Shown here: one piece after another, positions 48,722 through 59,848 of the stretch
Layout of the letters: the number at the start of each line of letters is the position of its first letter
Numbering within the stretch: the first letter of the stretch is position 1
DNA from: an uncultured Sulfurimonas sp.
GTDB lineage: Bacteria; Campylobacterota; Campylobacteria; Campylobacterales; Sulfurimonadaceae
Assembly (NCBI GenBank): GCA_964518545.1
Contig: CAZFGS010000001.1
Location: 8,020 to 72,019 of the forward strand
Reading direction: 5' to 3'
Length of the DNA stretch: 64,000 nucleotides
The notes under the pieces: model-generated
Database searches by the model: none
Seen by the model: only the letters and a program-made list of their open reading frames with translations
Told to the model about the DNA's origin: nothing
Position numbers and translations under genes: made by a program

Positions 48722-51700
48722 TTATTTTACTTCTACTTGCAACTTCATTTGTACAAGCTTATTTTCAGAACCATCGACTTTTTGTAGTTCCATATGTAAC
48801 ACTCTTTGTGGTTCAATATTTTTCTCTTGTACAAGATACTCTATAAGTACTTTTTCTCTTGCATTAGCAAGTGCAATTAAATCAGCTTCACTAACGACTT
48901 GGAGATTTTTTGTCATATCAATAAGTGCTACAAGATAAGCTCTATCAAATTCATCCTCTTTATCTGCATACTCTTTTTCTAATTTTTCTTTCGTATTATC
49001 TAAAAGATCTTCATCCCCTTTGAGTTCATCATAGATATCTTCTAGCATATCTATAGTCATCGCATTTTTATGATCTTTTGTATTTTTAATACCACTTTTT
49101 TCCATCACAAGGGCAATAAGTTTATTGAGCTGAAGAGCTTCTTTATCTACTACTGCATCATAAGTTGGGGCAATAGCAAGATCAATTTTAGGACGCTTGA
49201 GCATCATCTTGGCGATGTTATCAAGTTTTTCTTTCTCTGTTGGAAGAATCTCTGTCGATCCTGCTTCAAACTCTGCATACTCCAATGCATCTCCATCCAT
49301 CCCCATCATAGAACCCAAAAATTTAAAAGGAGAACTTACCGCCTTAGCGATAAGATTCCCTATAGTTTTCCACACAAGTGCACCATACTTAAAATCAGGT
49401 TCATCAAGATTTCCCTCTACTGGCATATCTATATCTATAATCCCCTCGCTATCTTCTAAGAGTGCAATCACAAAGCCTAAAGGAAGTTTCGTAACATTTT
49501 CATCTTCAGACTCTTTACCAAGTTTAATCTGCTTGATGATAACACTGTTCGCTCCTTGAAGTTGAGAGTTGTTTATCTTATAACCAAGGTCAAGATAAAG
49601 TTTTCCAGAATCTATCTCATACCCTGCAAATGAAGCACTGTATCCACTCATAGCATTGAGCTCTAAATTTTTAAAGTTAAAACTCAAGTCTGTAAACTCT
49701 TTAGGATTTGCACTGTTAATACTTCCTTTGAGTTTTGTAGATCCATACTCATCAACATCCCCTTTTAAATCAACAAAAGTTGTTTCTCCTGCAACATTAC
49801 CTACAGAATAGATCTCGCCATTGAGATTATGGATATTTGTTCTAAACTGAATAGGAATAGAAAGATCTGCAAATTTTGCATTCCCCTTTGAGATGTTTAT
49901 TTTTGCGATTTTTACGGGAAAACTTGGTTCTTGTGTTGTATTTGTATCTTCTACTTTTGCCACCTCCTTGGTAGCTATCTCTTGGGTTGCATTAGTATCT
50001 TCAACTTTAACAAGTTTTGCAAAGTTGAGTTGTTTCTTTTTATCTATGAGAACATCTACATAAAAACTGCCTATATCCATTGTATCAACATATAGTCTGT
50101 TTGGAAAAAGTTCAAATGTAAAAGCTTTCAAATCTACATCTGAAAATGCGATCAATGGACTCTCATCTCTTGAATCTGTTACATACAAATTATTGAGATT
50201 AAAAGAGCCATTGACTCTTAGATCTGGCTTTGTTTTTGAAGCGCTGTAAGATGTTTTTGTTTTTAAAGAGATTGTTCCATCATCTATGCTTACATAAGCT
50301 TTCTCTTGTATATAGGGGGTTAGTTCTGTTAGGGAGATCTGTTTTAATTCTAAACTTCCCTGTTGTTTCAAAGGAGTATGTCTTAGACTACCACGAGATT
50401 TCACATAACCTTTTTTATTGACTCTCATTGAAAATCTATACTTTAACCAAGAATTTTTTGCTATATCTATCCCGTAAGCATTCAAATAAATTCTATCAAG
50501 TCTACTTGTTACACTCTTTGGTAATGCTTTATCTTTAAAACTTACTCTTGCATTGTTAAGTGCAAAATGTTTGAGTTTCAAGCCTAATTTTTTTGCATCT
50601 TTTTTTTGTACTTTTTTCTTTGCTGTTTTTGTCTTTTTGGGTTCCACTAGTCCATCAAGATTTATCTTTGCATTTTTATATCTTGCTCCATTGAGGTACA
50701 GATTATTTAAGGCAACAGTATCTATCTTAGCTTGATTTGTTAGTGTAGAATAATTAACACCCGAGATATCTAAAGCCTTAAAACCACTCAATTTTTCTCT
50801 AGTACTGCGTTTTGCAATAGAAAATTTATCTATAGAGAGGTTTGTATCTTCCACAACAAAAACTATCTCTTTATCTTTTTCCTCTATGTTGACCTCTGTA
50901 TGAAAACCAACTATAGCACTCAGTAGTTTAAGATCATAAATTTTAAGGTTTTGTTTTGCTGCTTGATCAATATATGGTCTATAGTGAACAAGATTGAATC
51001 CAGAACAATCAGTTTTTGTTCTTATATCTACATTTGCATGGATAATCTCACCTTGAGAGAAACACTCAAGAGTTTTATTTACTTTCAGATTAAGGCGATA
51101 AGGGATCGCCTCTTTCCCTGCCAAGGTGATATTGTTTAAATAGATATCTAAGTCATTGAGTTGTGTTAGGACCTTTGGGGAAACCCCATTATCATCAAAC
51201 TCTACAGCTATATTTTCTAATGCAAGCTCATCTACCCTTACATCCCAAGGGGTAGTTGTATTTTGATCTACTTTTACTTCTGTTTTGGTATCTGAAGTTT
51301 GAGCATTTTCAAAATTTGTTTTTATATAAGCAAGCCAGTCTATATCTCCATTTTTAGCTCTTTTTACTTTTACATCTAAGGTGTCTAGTCCAACTTTTTC
51401 TACATTCACTTTTTGTGCGAGAGGAAGTATCATCGCGTTTTGTACATAAGCATGTTCTAAATGTAAAACATCTTTTGGTTTTGATTTAGGTTTAATTCTT
51501 AACTTATCAAAAGAGAGGTAGAGTTTATCAATTTTTGCAGCATTAAGATCTGAAAGATTAAAAGCATAATGGGTTTGAAAAGATATCTTCCCATCAGCCA
51601 CTTCAAGATTAAGGTTTTCTTGAAGATACTTCCACTCAGTGTAGAGTTTACTCGCTTCAAAAGTGATATCTCCAGCCATCGCAAAAGGTTCAAGTGATTT

Positions 51701-52342
51701 TATATCACCCTTTAGATCAAAAAATCCACCATCACCAAGATTGGTATGAAATCTTAACTTCGCACCTTTTTTCTTAAAATCATTCGTGTCTATATCTTTT
51801 AAAACAAAGCCGATACGACCAAAAGAGAAATCAAATTCATGTTTACGTGAAAAATCTTTATAACTTAGATAACCATCACTGAGTTTTACTTTGTCGATTA
51901 TAATATGGGGAATCTCTGTTTTTGTTGTCTCTTGTGTAGCTGTAGTGTTTGCATCTGGAGCGGATTTGACAATATCTAAAAGATTAAGTTCTTTGTTCTT
52001 GGAGAGCTCTACAAAAAGCTTAGGTTCATCAAGGGCTATGCTTTTAAGATGTATAGCCCCTCCAAATAAAGAATAAAGCTCAAAGTCAATAAAGAACTTT
52101 CTAAAACTTACAAGCTTGTTATTTTTCAAATCACTCAGTACAACCCCATTGAGTGAAAGATTAAATATAAAAGGATTAAAGGAGATGTTTTCACAACTCA
52201 ATTTCGCATTGGTTTGCTCTTCAACAATTTTAATGATTTGAGGTTTGAGGACAAGTGGAAGGATGATAAATCCAACTACAGCATAGATAGTAAGGATGTA
52301 GAGGATATATTTTTTTAATTTACTAAGCAAAACACACTCCAA
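48722..52342 (-). CDS. DUF748 repeat (AsmA-like) envelope protein
   Basis: N-terminal anchor, repeated beta-rich modules, and the LPL.F.IALL.DS.G.ID.D.PV.G.L..PDF motif. Start uncertain. Confidence 0.8.
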   Translation of the reverse strand: MECVLLSKLKKYILYILTIYAVVGFIILPLVLKPQIIKIVEEQTNAKLSCENISFNPFIFNLSLNGVVLSDLKNNKLVSFRKFFIDFELYSLFGGAIHLKSIALDEPKLFVELSKNKELNLLDIVKSAPDANTTATQETTKTEIPHIIIDKVKLSDGYLSYKDFSRKHEFDFSFGRIGFVLKDIDTNDFKKKGAKLRFHTNLGDGGFFDLKGDIKSLEPFAMAGDITFEASKLYTEWKYLQENLNLEVADGKISFQTHYAFNLSDLNAAKIDKLYLSFDKLRIKPKSKPKDVLHLEHAYVQNAMILPLAQKVNVEKVGLDTLDVKVKRAKNGDIDWLAYIKTNFENAQTSDTKTEVKVDQNTTTPWDVRVDELALENIAVEFDDNGVSPKVLTQLNDLDIYLNNITLAGKEAIPYRLNLKVNKTLECFSQGEIIHANVDIRTKTDCSGFNLVHYRPYIDQAAKQNLKIYDLKLLSAIVGFHTEVNIEEKDKEIVFVVEDTNLSIDKFSIAKRSTREKLSGFKALDISGVNYSTLTNQAKIDTVALNNLYLNGARYKNAKINLDGLVEPKKTKTAKKKVQKKDAKKLGLKLKHFALNNARVSFKDKALPKSVTSRLDRIYLNAYGIDIAKNSWLKYRFSMRVNKKGYVKSRGSLRHTPLKQQGSLELKQISLTELTPYIQEKAYVSIDDGTISLKTKTSYSASKTKPDLRVNGSFNLNNLYVTDSRDESPLIAFSDVDLKAFTFELFPNRLYVDTMDIGSFYVDVLIDKKKQLNFAKLVKVEDTNATQEIATKEVAKVEDTNTTQEPSFPVKIAKINISKGNAKFADLSIPIQFRTNIHNLNGEIYSVGNVAGETTFVDLKGDVDEYGSTKLKGSINSANPKEFTDLSFNFKNLELNAMSGYSASFAGYEIDSGKLYLDLGYKINNSQLQGANSVIIKQIKLGKESEDENVTKLPLGFVIALLEDSEGIIDIDMPVEGNLDEPDFKYGALVWKTIGNLIAKAVSSPFKFLGSMMGMDGDALEYAEFEAGSTEILPTEKEKLDNIAKMMLKRPKIDLAIAPTYDAVVDKEALQLNKLIALVMEKSGIKNTKDHKNAMTIDMLEDIYDELKGDEDLLDNTKEKLEKEYADKEDEFDRAYLVALIDMTKNLQVVSEADLIALANAREKVLIEYLVQEKNIEPQRVLHMELQKVDGSENKLVQMKLQVEVK

Positions 52343-52387
52343 AATTCAATATTTTAAGAGTGTATCTTGTTTTAGATTAAATTTTAG

Positions 52388-53830
52388 TTATTTTGCACGC
52401 TCTAAAACACTTTTCTTAGGGAAGACAAATGTCGTATGACGGATAACAGAAATTTTCTCACTTTTTTTACCATCTTTATCAAGTGCATATGCATGTATAG
52501 TGATAGGGATAATAGTATCTTTTCTATCATTTTCCACAAGTACATCAGTAGTACTTAATGTAACAATTTTTTTCTTTTTCGTACCTGGTACAACTCTAAA
52601 TGCTCTTGTAGGTTTTACAATCTCGATCTTACCGTTAATGCCTTCAGGTTGAACAATCTCAAAAAAGAAATTCATTGGTTCATTCTCAGTATTTTGGAGT
52701 AAAAAGATATATGAATTATCTACTTTTACTTTTCCATCTGAAAGCGCTTTTTCTGAGTAAAGACGTGTTTCTTTATTGATATTTAAAAGCATATGCTCTT
52801 TTGTACTACCCATAAATCCAAGCATAATAGCGATCCCAACTAGAAGCACCATATAAGCTATAACCTTAGGTCTAAAATATTGAGTTTTACCTTTTTGATC
52901 AACAATTTCATAATCACTTGACCATGTTACAAGAGATGGTTTACCAAGTTTACCCATAACTGTTGTACAAGCATCAACACACTCTAAACAGTTGATACAC
53001 TCTAACTGTAAACCTTGACGAATATCAATATGTGTAGGACAAACAGTTACACAAGCTTCACAAGCTGTACACTCTGCATTTGGTTGTTCTGCAACTAAAT
53101 CTTTTTGTTTTGAGTATTTTTTCTCATGTCCCTCATAGATATCTCCACCACGGTGCATATCATAAAGTGCCATAACCGTATGCTCATCATAAAGAACCGA
53201 TTGAACACGTGAATAAGGGCAAACATAGATACAAAAATTTTCCTTTAAAAAAACAATATCATAAATTAAAAATGCTGCTATACCAAGAACAGAACCAATA
53301 AGTGTCCAATGTTCAGTAGGGTTTTGAATATAAGCAAAGAAATCTTCAGGTGGAACAAAGAACCATAACAAGTCCGATGCAGCAATAACTGCTAAAACTG
53401 TCCAAATAAGAACTGCAACAACTTTTTTTACCTTATTTTCTGGCTTAGACATATCTGGTTCTTGCTGTTTATTTTTAATACGTTTACGTAAGCCTAAAAG
53501 CTTTGTTTCAATAAAATCACGATAGATAACACGAAACACTGTTTGGGGACATACCCATCCACAAAATACACGACCACCCATCACGGTCATACCAAAAATT
53601 CCAAGGAACATTAGCATTAATAAAAAAGGCATAAGATATAGCTCTTGCATATCAAACTGAATAAATGCTAAATGTAGTTTTAGCTTATCAAAACTTAAAA
53701 GGAAAAAATGATTTCCTCCAACTGTGATCCATGGCAAGATTAATGCTATAGCAGTCATTAATGCATACACATAGTATCTTTTTATTCTCCATGGTGTAGG
53801 TATCTTTATACCTGTTTTCTCTTTACTCAT
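52388..53830 (-). CDS. ccoG: Cytochrome c oxidase accessory protein CcoG (FixG/RdxA)
   Basis: GRVFCGWVCPQT, FC.YVCPY and two ferredoxin Cys clusters. Confidence 0.92.
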   Translation of the reverse strand: MSKEKTGIKIPTPWRIKRYYVYALMTAIALILPWITVGGNHFFLLSFDKLKLHLAFIQFDMQELYLMPFLLMLMFLGIFGMTVMGGRVFCGWVCPQTVFRVIYRDFIETKLLGLRKRIKNKQQEPDMSKPENKVKKVVAVLIWTVLAVIAASDLLWFFVPPEDFFAYIQNPTEHWTLIGSVLGIAAFLIYDIVFLKENFCIYVCPYSRVQSVLYDEHTVMALYDMHRGGDIYEGHEKKYSKQKDLVAEQPNAECTACEACVTVCPTHIDIRQGLQLECINCLECVDACTTVMGKLGKPSLVTWSSDYEIVDQKGKTQYFRPKVIAYMVLLVGIAIMLGFMGSTKEHMLLNINKETRLYSEKALSDGKVKVDNSYIFLLQNTENEPMNFFFEIVQPEGINGKIEIVKPTRAFRVVPGTKKKKIVTLSTTDVLVENDRKDTIIPITIHAYALDKDGKKSEKISVIRHTTFVFPKKSVLERAK

Positions 53831-53846
53831 TTTTATTCTCCCTTAT

Positions 53847-54482
53847 CTAATTTGGACATACTATTGTATTTATTACCTGCTCTTCAGCATCTTTTGGAGC
53901 TTTTGGTAAAAGTGAACCAAAAGCAACCTGTTTAAGTTCTCGTGACTCTATATAATCTTTAAGTGAACTACGACTTACACCCAAGAGTCGTGCCATCTCG
54001 CTAACACTTTTTTTCTCTCTAATGTATGAGATAATCTCACTAATATATATGTCAAATTTAGAACTAGACTTACTGCCCTTTGGACGACCAATCACTCTTT
54101 TCAATTCATTTTGCAGCACTTGGCGCAATTGATCTATAAGACCAAGAACCAACATAACACTACTCCCTTGAGTAATGGTTACAGACTGCTTAATAAAGTG
54201 AACACTAAATTCATTTCTTAGTAAACAGCTAAACATTTGAACTATATCTTCCATATCGGTACTTAAAACCCATACATCATAAATAAGAAGTGTCGATTTT
54301 GGTTTCGATTGAAAATATGATGTTACCTCTTCACGTTCGCTCAAACGTTTATTTTGCGAAGTATAATCGATAAATTCATCATCAATAGTCAAATTATTAG
54401 CCATTGCATAAGAGTTTATGTGTTGTAATTGCTCATGGACAGCATCAAAGTGTTTATCTGGACGAATGTATGCTATAACCAT
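53847..54482 (-). CDS. Serine recombinase/resolvase-like protein lacking the catalytic serine, with C-terminal HTH
   Basis: N-terminal AYIRPDK replaces YxRVST; GRPKG followed by HTH SVSEMARLLGVSRSSL. Confidence 0.7.
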   Translation of the reverse strand: MVIAYIRPDKHFDAVHEQLQHINSYAMANNLTIDDEFIDYTSQNKRLSEREEVTSYFQSKPKSTLLIYDVWVLSTDMEDIVQMFSCLLRNEFSVHFIKQSVTITQGSSVMLVLGLIDQLRQVLQNELKRVIGRPKGSKSSSKFDIYISEIISYIREKKSVSEMARLLGVSRSSLKDYIESRELKQVAFGSLLPKAPKDAEEQVINTIVCPN

Positions 54483-54750
54483 AACTAACGATTAAACCTC
54501 TCATATTTTCTAATTTCATCGTCATTATAGCAGCATCTGACGAAATAAGTCAAGAGTTTTTCACTTTTTTCGTCATTTTATTTAGAATCTTAATCCTTTA
54601 CACTTTAATTATTAGATTTACTAATATTTTATACTTTTAATTACTAATATAAACTTAATCCTTCTCAAAACTCTCCAAACAACAGAAACTCTTAGGTCCA
54701 AAGATGCTAAAATATCTTTATATTTTATTACCATAAAGATTTTTAAAGAT

Positions 54751-57700
54751 ATGAATACAAAAAACTACATCTTAGAAACAATTAAAAAACGTCCACTCAT
54801 CATAGATGGTGCTATGGGTACACAGCTACAACAACGCGATGAGAAGATCCCAAAAGAAGCATGGGAAGGGAATGAGGGGTGTAATGAACTTCTTAATATC
54901 ACAGCCCCTGATGTGATGGAGGAGATTTTTCATGCTTACCTCACAGCTGGAGCCGACCTTATCACAACAAATACTTTTGGATCATTCTCATGGGTATTGG
55001 ATGAGTATCAAATCTCTGAGCGAGCTTATGAGCTCACAAAAGCTGGCGCAGAGCTTGTAAAACGTAAATGTAAAGAGTTCTCAACACCAGAACATCCCCG
55101 TTTTTGTCTAGGGAGTGTAGGACCAGGGACAAAACTTCCTTCTTTAGGGCATATTACTTATGATGTAATGTTTGAAGGCTATACAGACTTTTGTAAGGCA
55201 CTTATTGATGGTGGTGCTGACATCTTTTTACTCGAAACCTGTCAAGATCCTCTCCAAATTAAAGCAGCCCTTCATGCTTGTGAAGAAGCAAATCGTCAAA
55301 TGGGGACAGAGTTGCCTATTATGGTTTCTGTCACTATTGAGCTCAGTGGTACGATGCTTATCGGTACTGATGCAACAACCATCGCTACTATTATGGAGCC
55401 ATTTGACATACTCTCTCTTGGTTTTAACTGTGGAACAGGACCAGAGCAAGTTCTCAAACATGTAAAAACACTCTCTGAACTTTGGCATAAACCTATAAGT
55501 GTTCATGCGAATGCAGGACTTCCACAAAATCGTGGTGGTTATACCTACTACCCAATGGGACCAGAGGAGTTTGTAGAGCAACAAGAGAAATTTTTAGAAC
55601 TAGATGGCGTTTCCTTTTTAGGTGGATGTTGTGGAACAACACCTCAGCATATCCGTGCCCTTGTAGATGCAGTAAGTTCTAAAACTCCAAAAGCACCTAC
55701 TGGAAGCCACGAGACCTCTATCGCTTCACTTTTTAACACCGTACCTCTTATGCAAGAGCCAGCACCTCTGCTTGTAGGTGAGCGCTCAAATGCGACAGGA
55801 AGTAAGGCATTTCGTGAGCTTCTTTTAGCAGAAAATTATGAAGGAACTCTCTCTGTAGCACAACAACAAGTTCGTGCTGGAGCCCATGTGGTTGATGTAA
55901 ATGTCGGCTTTGCAGGACGCGATGAAACAAAAGATATGACAGCAGTTATGGCGATGTATGCACAAAAAATTGCACTGCCGCTTATGCCAGACTCTACACA
56001 AACTAAAGGATTAGAGACCGCCCTAAAACATATAGGTGGAAAACCTATCTTAAACTCTGTTAACCTTGAAGATGGGGAACCGAAATTTGATGCAGTGTGT
56101 CAACTTGCTAAAAAATTTGGGGCTAGTCTTGTTTGTCTTACCATTGATGAAGTAGGAATGGCAAAAACTGTAGAGGAAAAACTCAAAGTTGCCGATCGTA
56201 TCATCGATCTTGCAACCAATCGTCATGGGATTAAAAAAGAAGATTTAGTCTTTGATGTTCTTACTTTTACACTTGGAAGTGGTGATGAGGAGTATTTTGA
56301 AGCGGGTATCAACACTATAGAAGCGATTCGTCAACTTCGTCAAAAACACCCTGAAGTTGGAGCGATTCTTGGTCTCTCAAACATCTCTTTTGGACTCGAT
56401 AAAGATGCACGACCATATCTCAACTCTATGTTTTTACACCATTGTATTCAAGCGGGATTAACAGCAGTTATTATCAATGTAAAACATATTATTCCTCTTA
56501 ACAAAATCCCCGAGGAAGATCAAAAGATCTGTGATGATTTAATCTTTAATCGTCTTCCAAATGGAGAAGCTCTTTTTGCCTTTATAGAACATTTTTCTAC
56601 AAAAGAAGCGGTAGATAATGATGCAGTGGATGAAGAGTACCTAGCGATGAATGATGAAGAAAAAATTGCTAAACTTCTTATGGATGGAGATAAAGACAGA
56701 ATGATCCCTCTTGTAGAAGAGGTTCGCCACTCCATAGCACCAGAGAGGATCGTCAATGAGATTCTCATCGATGCGATGAAAGTCGTTGGAGAACTCTTTG
56801 GAAGCGGTCAAATGCAACTCCCATTTGTACTCCAATCAGCTGAAACTATGAAAAAGACCGTAGACCATCTAAACCCATACCTTCCAAAAGTGGAAAAAAC
56901 GGTAGATACAACGTTAACTCTTGGAACAGTAAAAGGGGACGTACATGATGTTGGAAAAAATCTTGTCGATATCATCCTCTCTAATAATGGCTATAAAGTT
57001 AATAACCTCGGCATCAAAGTAGAACTTGACCAATTTTTACAAACCATTGAAGATGGACATGTCTCAGCCCTTGGGATGAGTGGACTTTTAGTAAAATCGA
57101 CTCAAGTGATGCTAGAAAACCTCAATACTCTTCAGGAAAAAGGGATCACTATCCCTATATTACTCGGTGGAGCAGCACTTACTCGTAGCTTTATAGATGA
57201 CTTTTGTCGTCCTGCCTATGATGGACCAATCTTTTACTGTAAAGATGCCTTTGATGGTGTTACAGCAATGAGCCGTATCGAAGCTGGAAACATGGACACC
57301 AACCTACACCCTGATGCACCGGAGGTAGAAAAGAAAGAGGAGGTTGAATACATCATCCCCCCTTTTGAAGAGATTAAGATGCCTACCCGTGATGTCAAGG
57401 TTCCTACCCCTCCATTTTGGGGAAGAAGAGAGATAAAACTTACCCAACAACAGATAGAGATGGCGTTTGAATGGATAAACCACAAGCTACTTTTTAAATC
57501 TCGTTGGGGCTATAGTTCTAAAGGGATGAGCAAAGAAGCTTACCAAAAACAACTTGACGAAGTAGTGTGGCCAGCCTATGAAAAACTCAAAAAGAGATTC
57601 TTAGATGAAAAACTTTTTGAGCCAACTATTCTCTATGGCTACTGGCCTTGTCGTAGCGATGACAACTCTTTACTTATCTTTGATGAGAGTGAAGGTTATT

Positions 57701-58239
57701 TTAGTGAAGATCAAATTAACAAAGAACCACTCAAAGATGTTATAGGTAGAGCAGAAAAAATCTTTAACTTTCCTAGACAAAGAAAAGCACCTCACCGTGC
57801 TTTAAGTGACTTTTTTCATGCTGATCGACATGATGTGATTGCTCTTACCTGTGTAAGTGCCGGAGCCAAACTAAGTGAGGTGGAGCGTGAGATATACGAG
57901 AGAGGAGATTATACTGAGTATTATCAATTTCATGGTTTAGGTGTCGAACTTGCTGAAGCCCTCGCAGAGATTGCTCATAAGCAGATTCGCCTTGACTTAA
58001 ACATTGCCGAGGGGGAGAAACCCACACTCGCAGATGTTCAGATGAATAAATATCAAGGAAGCCGTTATTCATTTGGCTATGCAGCATGTCCAGACCTAGA
58101 ATTAAATCGACCACTTTTTGATTTACTAAAACCAGAGGAGTTTGGGATAAAACTAAGTGAAACTTTTCAAATTCACCCAGAGCAATCAACTTCTGCGCTT
58201 GTAGTCTACCACCCAAATGCAACATACTACAATGTCTAA
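54751..58239 (+). CDS. metH: Cobalamin-dependent methionine synthase
   Basis: DGAMGT, GGCCGT, GERSN, GDVHDVGKN and activation domain RYSFGY.ACPD. Confidence 0.96.
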   Translation: MNTKNYILETIKKRPLIIDGAMGTQLQQRDEKIPKEAWEGNEGCNELLNITAPDVMEEIFHAYLTAGADLITTNTFGSFSWVLDEYQISERAYELTKAGAELVKRKCKEFSTPEHPRFCLGSVGPGTKLPSLGHITYDVMFEGYTDFCKALIDGGADIFLLETCQDPLQIKAALHACEEANRQMGTELPIMVSVTIELSGTMLIGTDATTIATIMEPFDILSLGFNCGTGPEQVLKHVKTLSELWHKPISVHANAGLPQNRGGYTYYPMGPEEFVEQQEKFLELDGVSFLGGCCGTTPQHIRALVDAVSSKTPKAPTGSHETSIASLFNTVPLMQEPAPLLVGERSNATGSKAFRELLLAENYEGTLSVAQQQVRAGAHVVDVNVGFAGRDETKDMTAVMAMYAQKIALPLMPDSTQTKGLETALKHIGGKPILNSVNLEDGEPKFDAVCQLAKKFGASLVCLTIDEVGMAKTVEEKLKVADRIIDLATNRHGIKKEDLVFDVLTFTLGSGDEEYFEAGINTIEAIRQLRQKHPEVGAILGLSNISFGLDKDARPYLNSMFLHHCIQAGLTAVIINVKHIIPLNKIPEEDQKICDDLIFNRLPNGEALFAFIEHFSTKEAVDNDAVDEEYLAMNDEEKIAKLLMDGDKDRMIPLVEEVRHSIAPERIVNEILIDAMKVVGELFGSGQMQLPFVLQSAETMKKTVDHLNPYLPKVEKTVDTTLTLGTVKGDVHDVGKNLVDIILSNNGYKVNNLGIKVELDQFLQTIEDGHVSALGMSGLLVKSTQVMLENLNTLQEKGITIPILLGGAALTRSFIDDFCRPAYDGPIFYCKDAFDGVTAMSRIEAGNMDTNLHPDAPEVEKKEEVEYIIPPFEEIKMPTRDVKVPTPPFWGRREIKLTQQQIEMAFEWINHKLLFKSRWGYSSKGMSKEAYQKQLDEVVWPAYEKLKKRFLDEKLFEPTILYGYWPCRSDDNSLLIFDESEGYFSEDQINKEPLKDVIGRAEKIFNFPRQRKAPHRALSDFFHADRHDVIALTCVSAGAKLSEVEREIYERGDYTEYYQFHGLGVELAEALAEIAHKQIRLDLNIAEGEKPTLADVQMNKYQGSRYSFGYAACPDLELNRPLFDLLKPEEFGIKLSETFQIHPEQSTSALVVYHPNATYYNV

Positions 58240-58260
58240 CCCTTAGCCACTAAAATGAAG

Positions 58261-59769
58261 CTATCGTCTTCGATAGCTGAGTGCTTCTAAGAGATGCGAC
58301 TTGTTTATCATCTCACTCTCCTCCAAGTCAGCGATTGTACGTGCTACTTTTTGGAGTTTTTTTATACTTCTAAATGAGAGTGCGAAACGATTTATGGCCA
58401 TCTCTAAAACAGCTTTTGCATCATCATCCATTACACAGTATTTTTCTATCTCTGCATCACTCATCTTTCCATTAAAATGGTTCTGTCCTCTTTGCTTGGA
58501 AAATATATGAGCCTGTACCACTTTTTTGTGCATCTCTTTGGAACTCAAACTTGGCTTATCTGAACTACTTACATTTTGCATCACTACATTTAAATCAATT
58601 CTGTCTAAAAAAGGTTCAGAGAGACGGTTTTTATATCTTTGTATCTCAAGCTCATTACAACGACACTCTTTATTTTTATCAAGTAGGTTCCCACAAGGGC
58701 AAGGGTTCATCGCTGCTACAAATAAAAAGTTAGTTGGGTAATTAATTCTTTGATTAATTCTCCCTATTCTAATTCTATTTTCTTGTAATGGTTCTCTGAG
58801 CGATTCTAAAATCTTGCTTGAAAAGTGAGGTATCTCATCAAAGAAAAGTATACCATTATGTGCAAGACCCACCTCTCCTATCTTCCCATTACCACCACCA
58901 AGTACACTTGCTGGTGTAGAGCTACAATGTGGCGAGAGCATTGGTCTTCTTGGTGCAAAAAGTGGCTCTTTCATATTGAGAGCATCAAGCTTGGCGACAT
59001 CCAATATCTCGCTGATTATCATCGGAGGTAATATGTATCGAAGTCGTTGAGCTATCATACTCTTGCCACAACCAGGACTCCCTTCAAGTAAAATATTATG
59101 AAACCCTGCAGCTGAGATTAAAGCTGCTCTTTTAGCTATCTCTTGCCCTTTGACATCTATAAAATCCTCTTCATACTCTTTCATATAGTAGTATTTTTCC
59201 TCTCTTATCTCATAAAAAGGAAAATCTATGGAAGCTTCTGCAACACTTGGAACTGCCTGTGAAAGATTTTCAAACATCGCTTTAGCTTCTTTAAGAGACT
59301 CTACTCCATAAAGTTCTATATTTGGAACTTTTGCAAGTTTTGAGAGGGCTTCTTTTGGAACTACTGCTTTAGTGATAAGGTTTTGATTTGCTAATGATAA
59401 GATAAGAGGATAGAGTTGCGTGTTTTCTTTTACTGAGCCATCCAGCCCTAACTCACCAAAAACATACCAAGAGCTAAAATCTTCTTGACCTTTCTCTAGT
59501 GAGATAAGGAGTGCAATACTCAAGTCAAACTGACTTCCACTTTTTTTAAAGTCATCACTCGGTGCGAGGTTTATGGTTATACGCTTAGGAGGAAATTTAT
59601 ACTCATTGCTTAAGAGTGCTGATTTTATCCTCTCTATAGAGCCAGAGCTATGGAGTGCATTTGCCGATCCCACAATAGAAAAAGATGGCAATCCCTTTGT
59701 TAATGTAAGTTCAACATCGACTTTTTTGGCATCAAGACCTTCGTAAGTGGCACAAAGAAGTTTTGTCAT
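58261..59769 (-). CDS. YifB/ComM family Mg-chelatase-like AAA+ ATPase
   Basis: ITINLAP, GELGLDG, GSPGCGKS, AMNPCPCG and DRID motifs. Start placed at ATG 59769. Confidence 0.9.
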   Translation of the reverse strand: MTKLLCATYEGLDAKKVDVELTLTKGLPSFSIVGSANALHSSGSIERIKSALLSNEYKFPPKRITINLAPSDDFKKSGSQFDLSIALLISLEKGQEDFSSWYVFGELGLDGSVKENTQLYPLILSLANQNLITKAVVPKEALSKLAKVPNIELYGVESLKEAKAMFENLSQAVPSVAEASIDFPFYEIREEKYYYMKEYEEDFIDVKGQEIAKRAALISAAGFHNILLEGSPGCGKSMIAQRLRYILPPMIISEILDVAKLDALNMKEPLFAPRRPMLSPHCSSTPASVLGGGNGKIGEVGLAHNGILFFDEIPHFSSKILESLREPLQENRIRIGRINQRINYPTNFLFVAAMNPCPCGNLLDKNKECRCNELEIQRYKNRLSEPFLDRIDLNVVMQNVSSSDKPSLSSKEMHKKVVQAHIFSKQRGQNHFNGKMSDAEIEKYCVMDDDAKAVLEMAINRFALSFRSIKKLQKVARTIADLEESEMINKSHLLEALSYRRR

Positions 59770-59848
59770 AAGAGCAACCTTATTTGAGTTGCGTAAAGTG
59801 TAAGCAAATTTGTTAAATAGGGGGAAATATATGGCAAAATGCCATATA

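Noticed and set aside
53847-54482. Resolvase gene as marker of a transposon or invertible segment
   Set aside because: No transposase, terminal repeats or cargo are visible, the catalytic serine is absent, and the flanking genes are core.
54483-54750. Cobalamin or SAM riboswitch upstream of metH
   Set aside because: The region is very AT-rich with no B12-box or SAM-I core recognisable by eye; an Rfam scan would be decisive.
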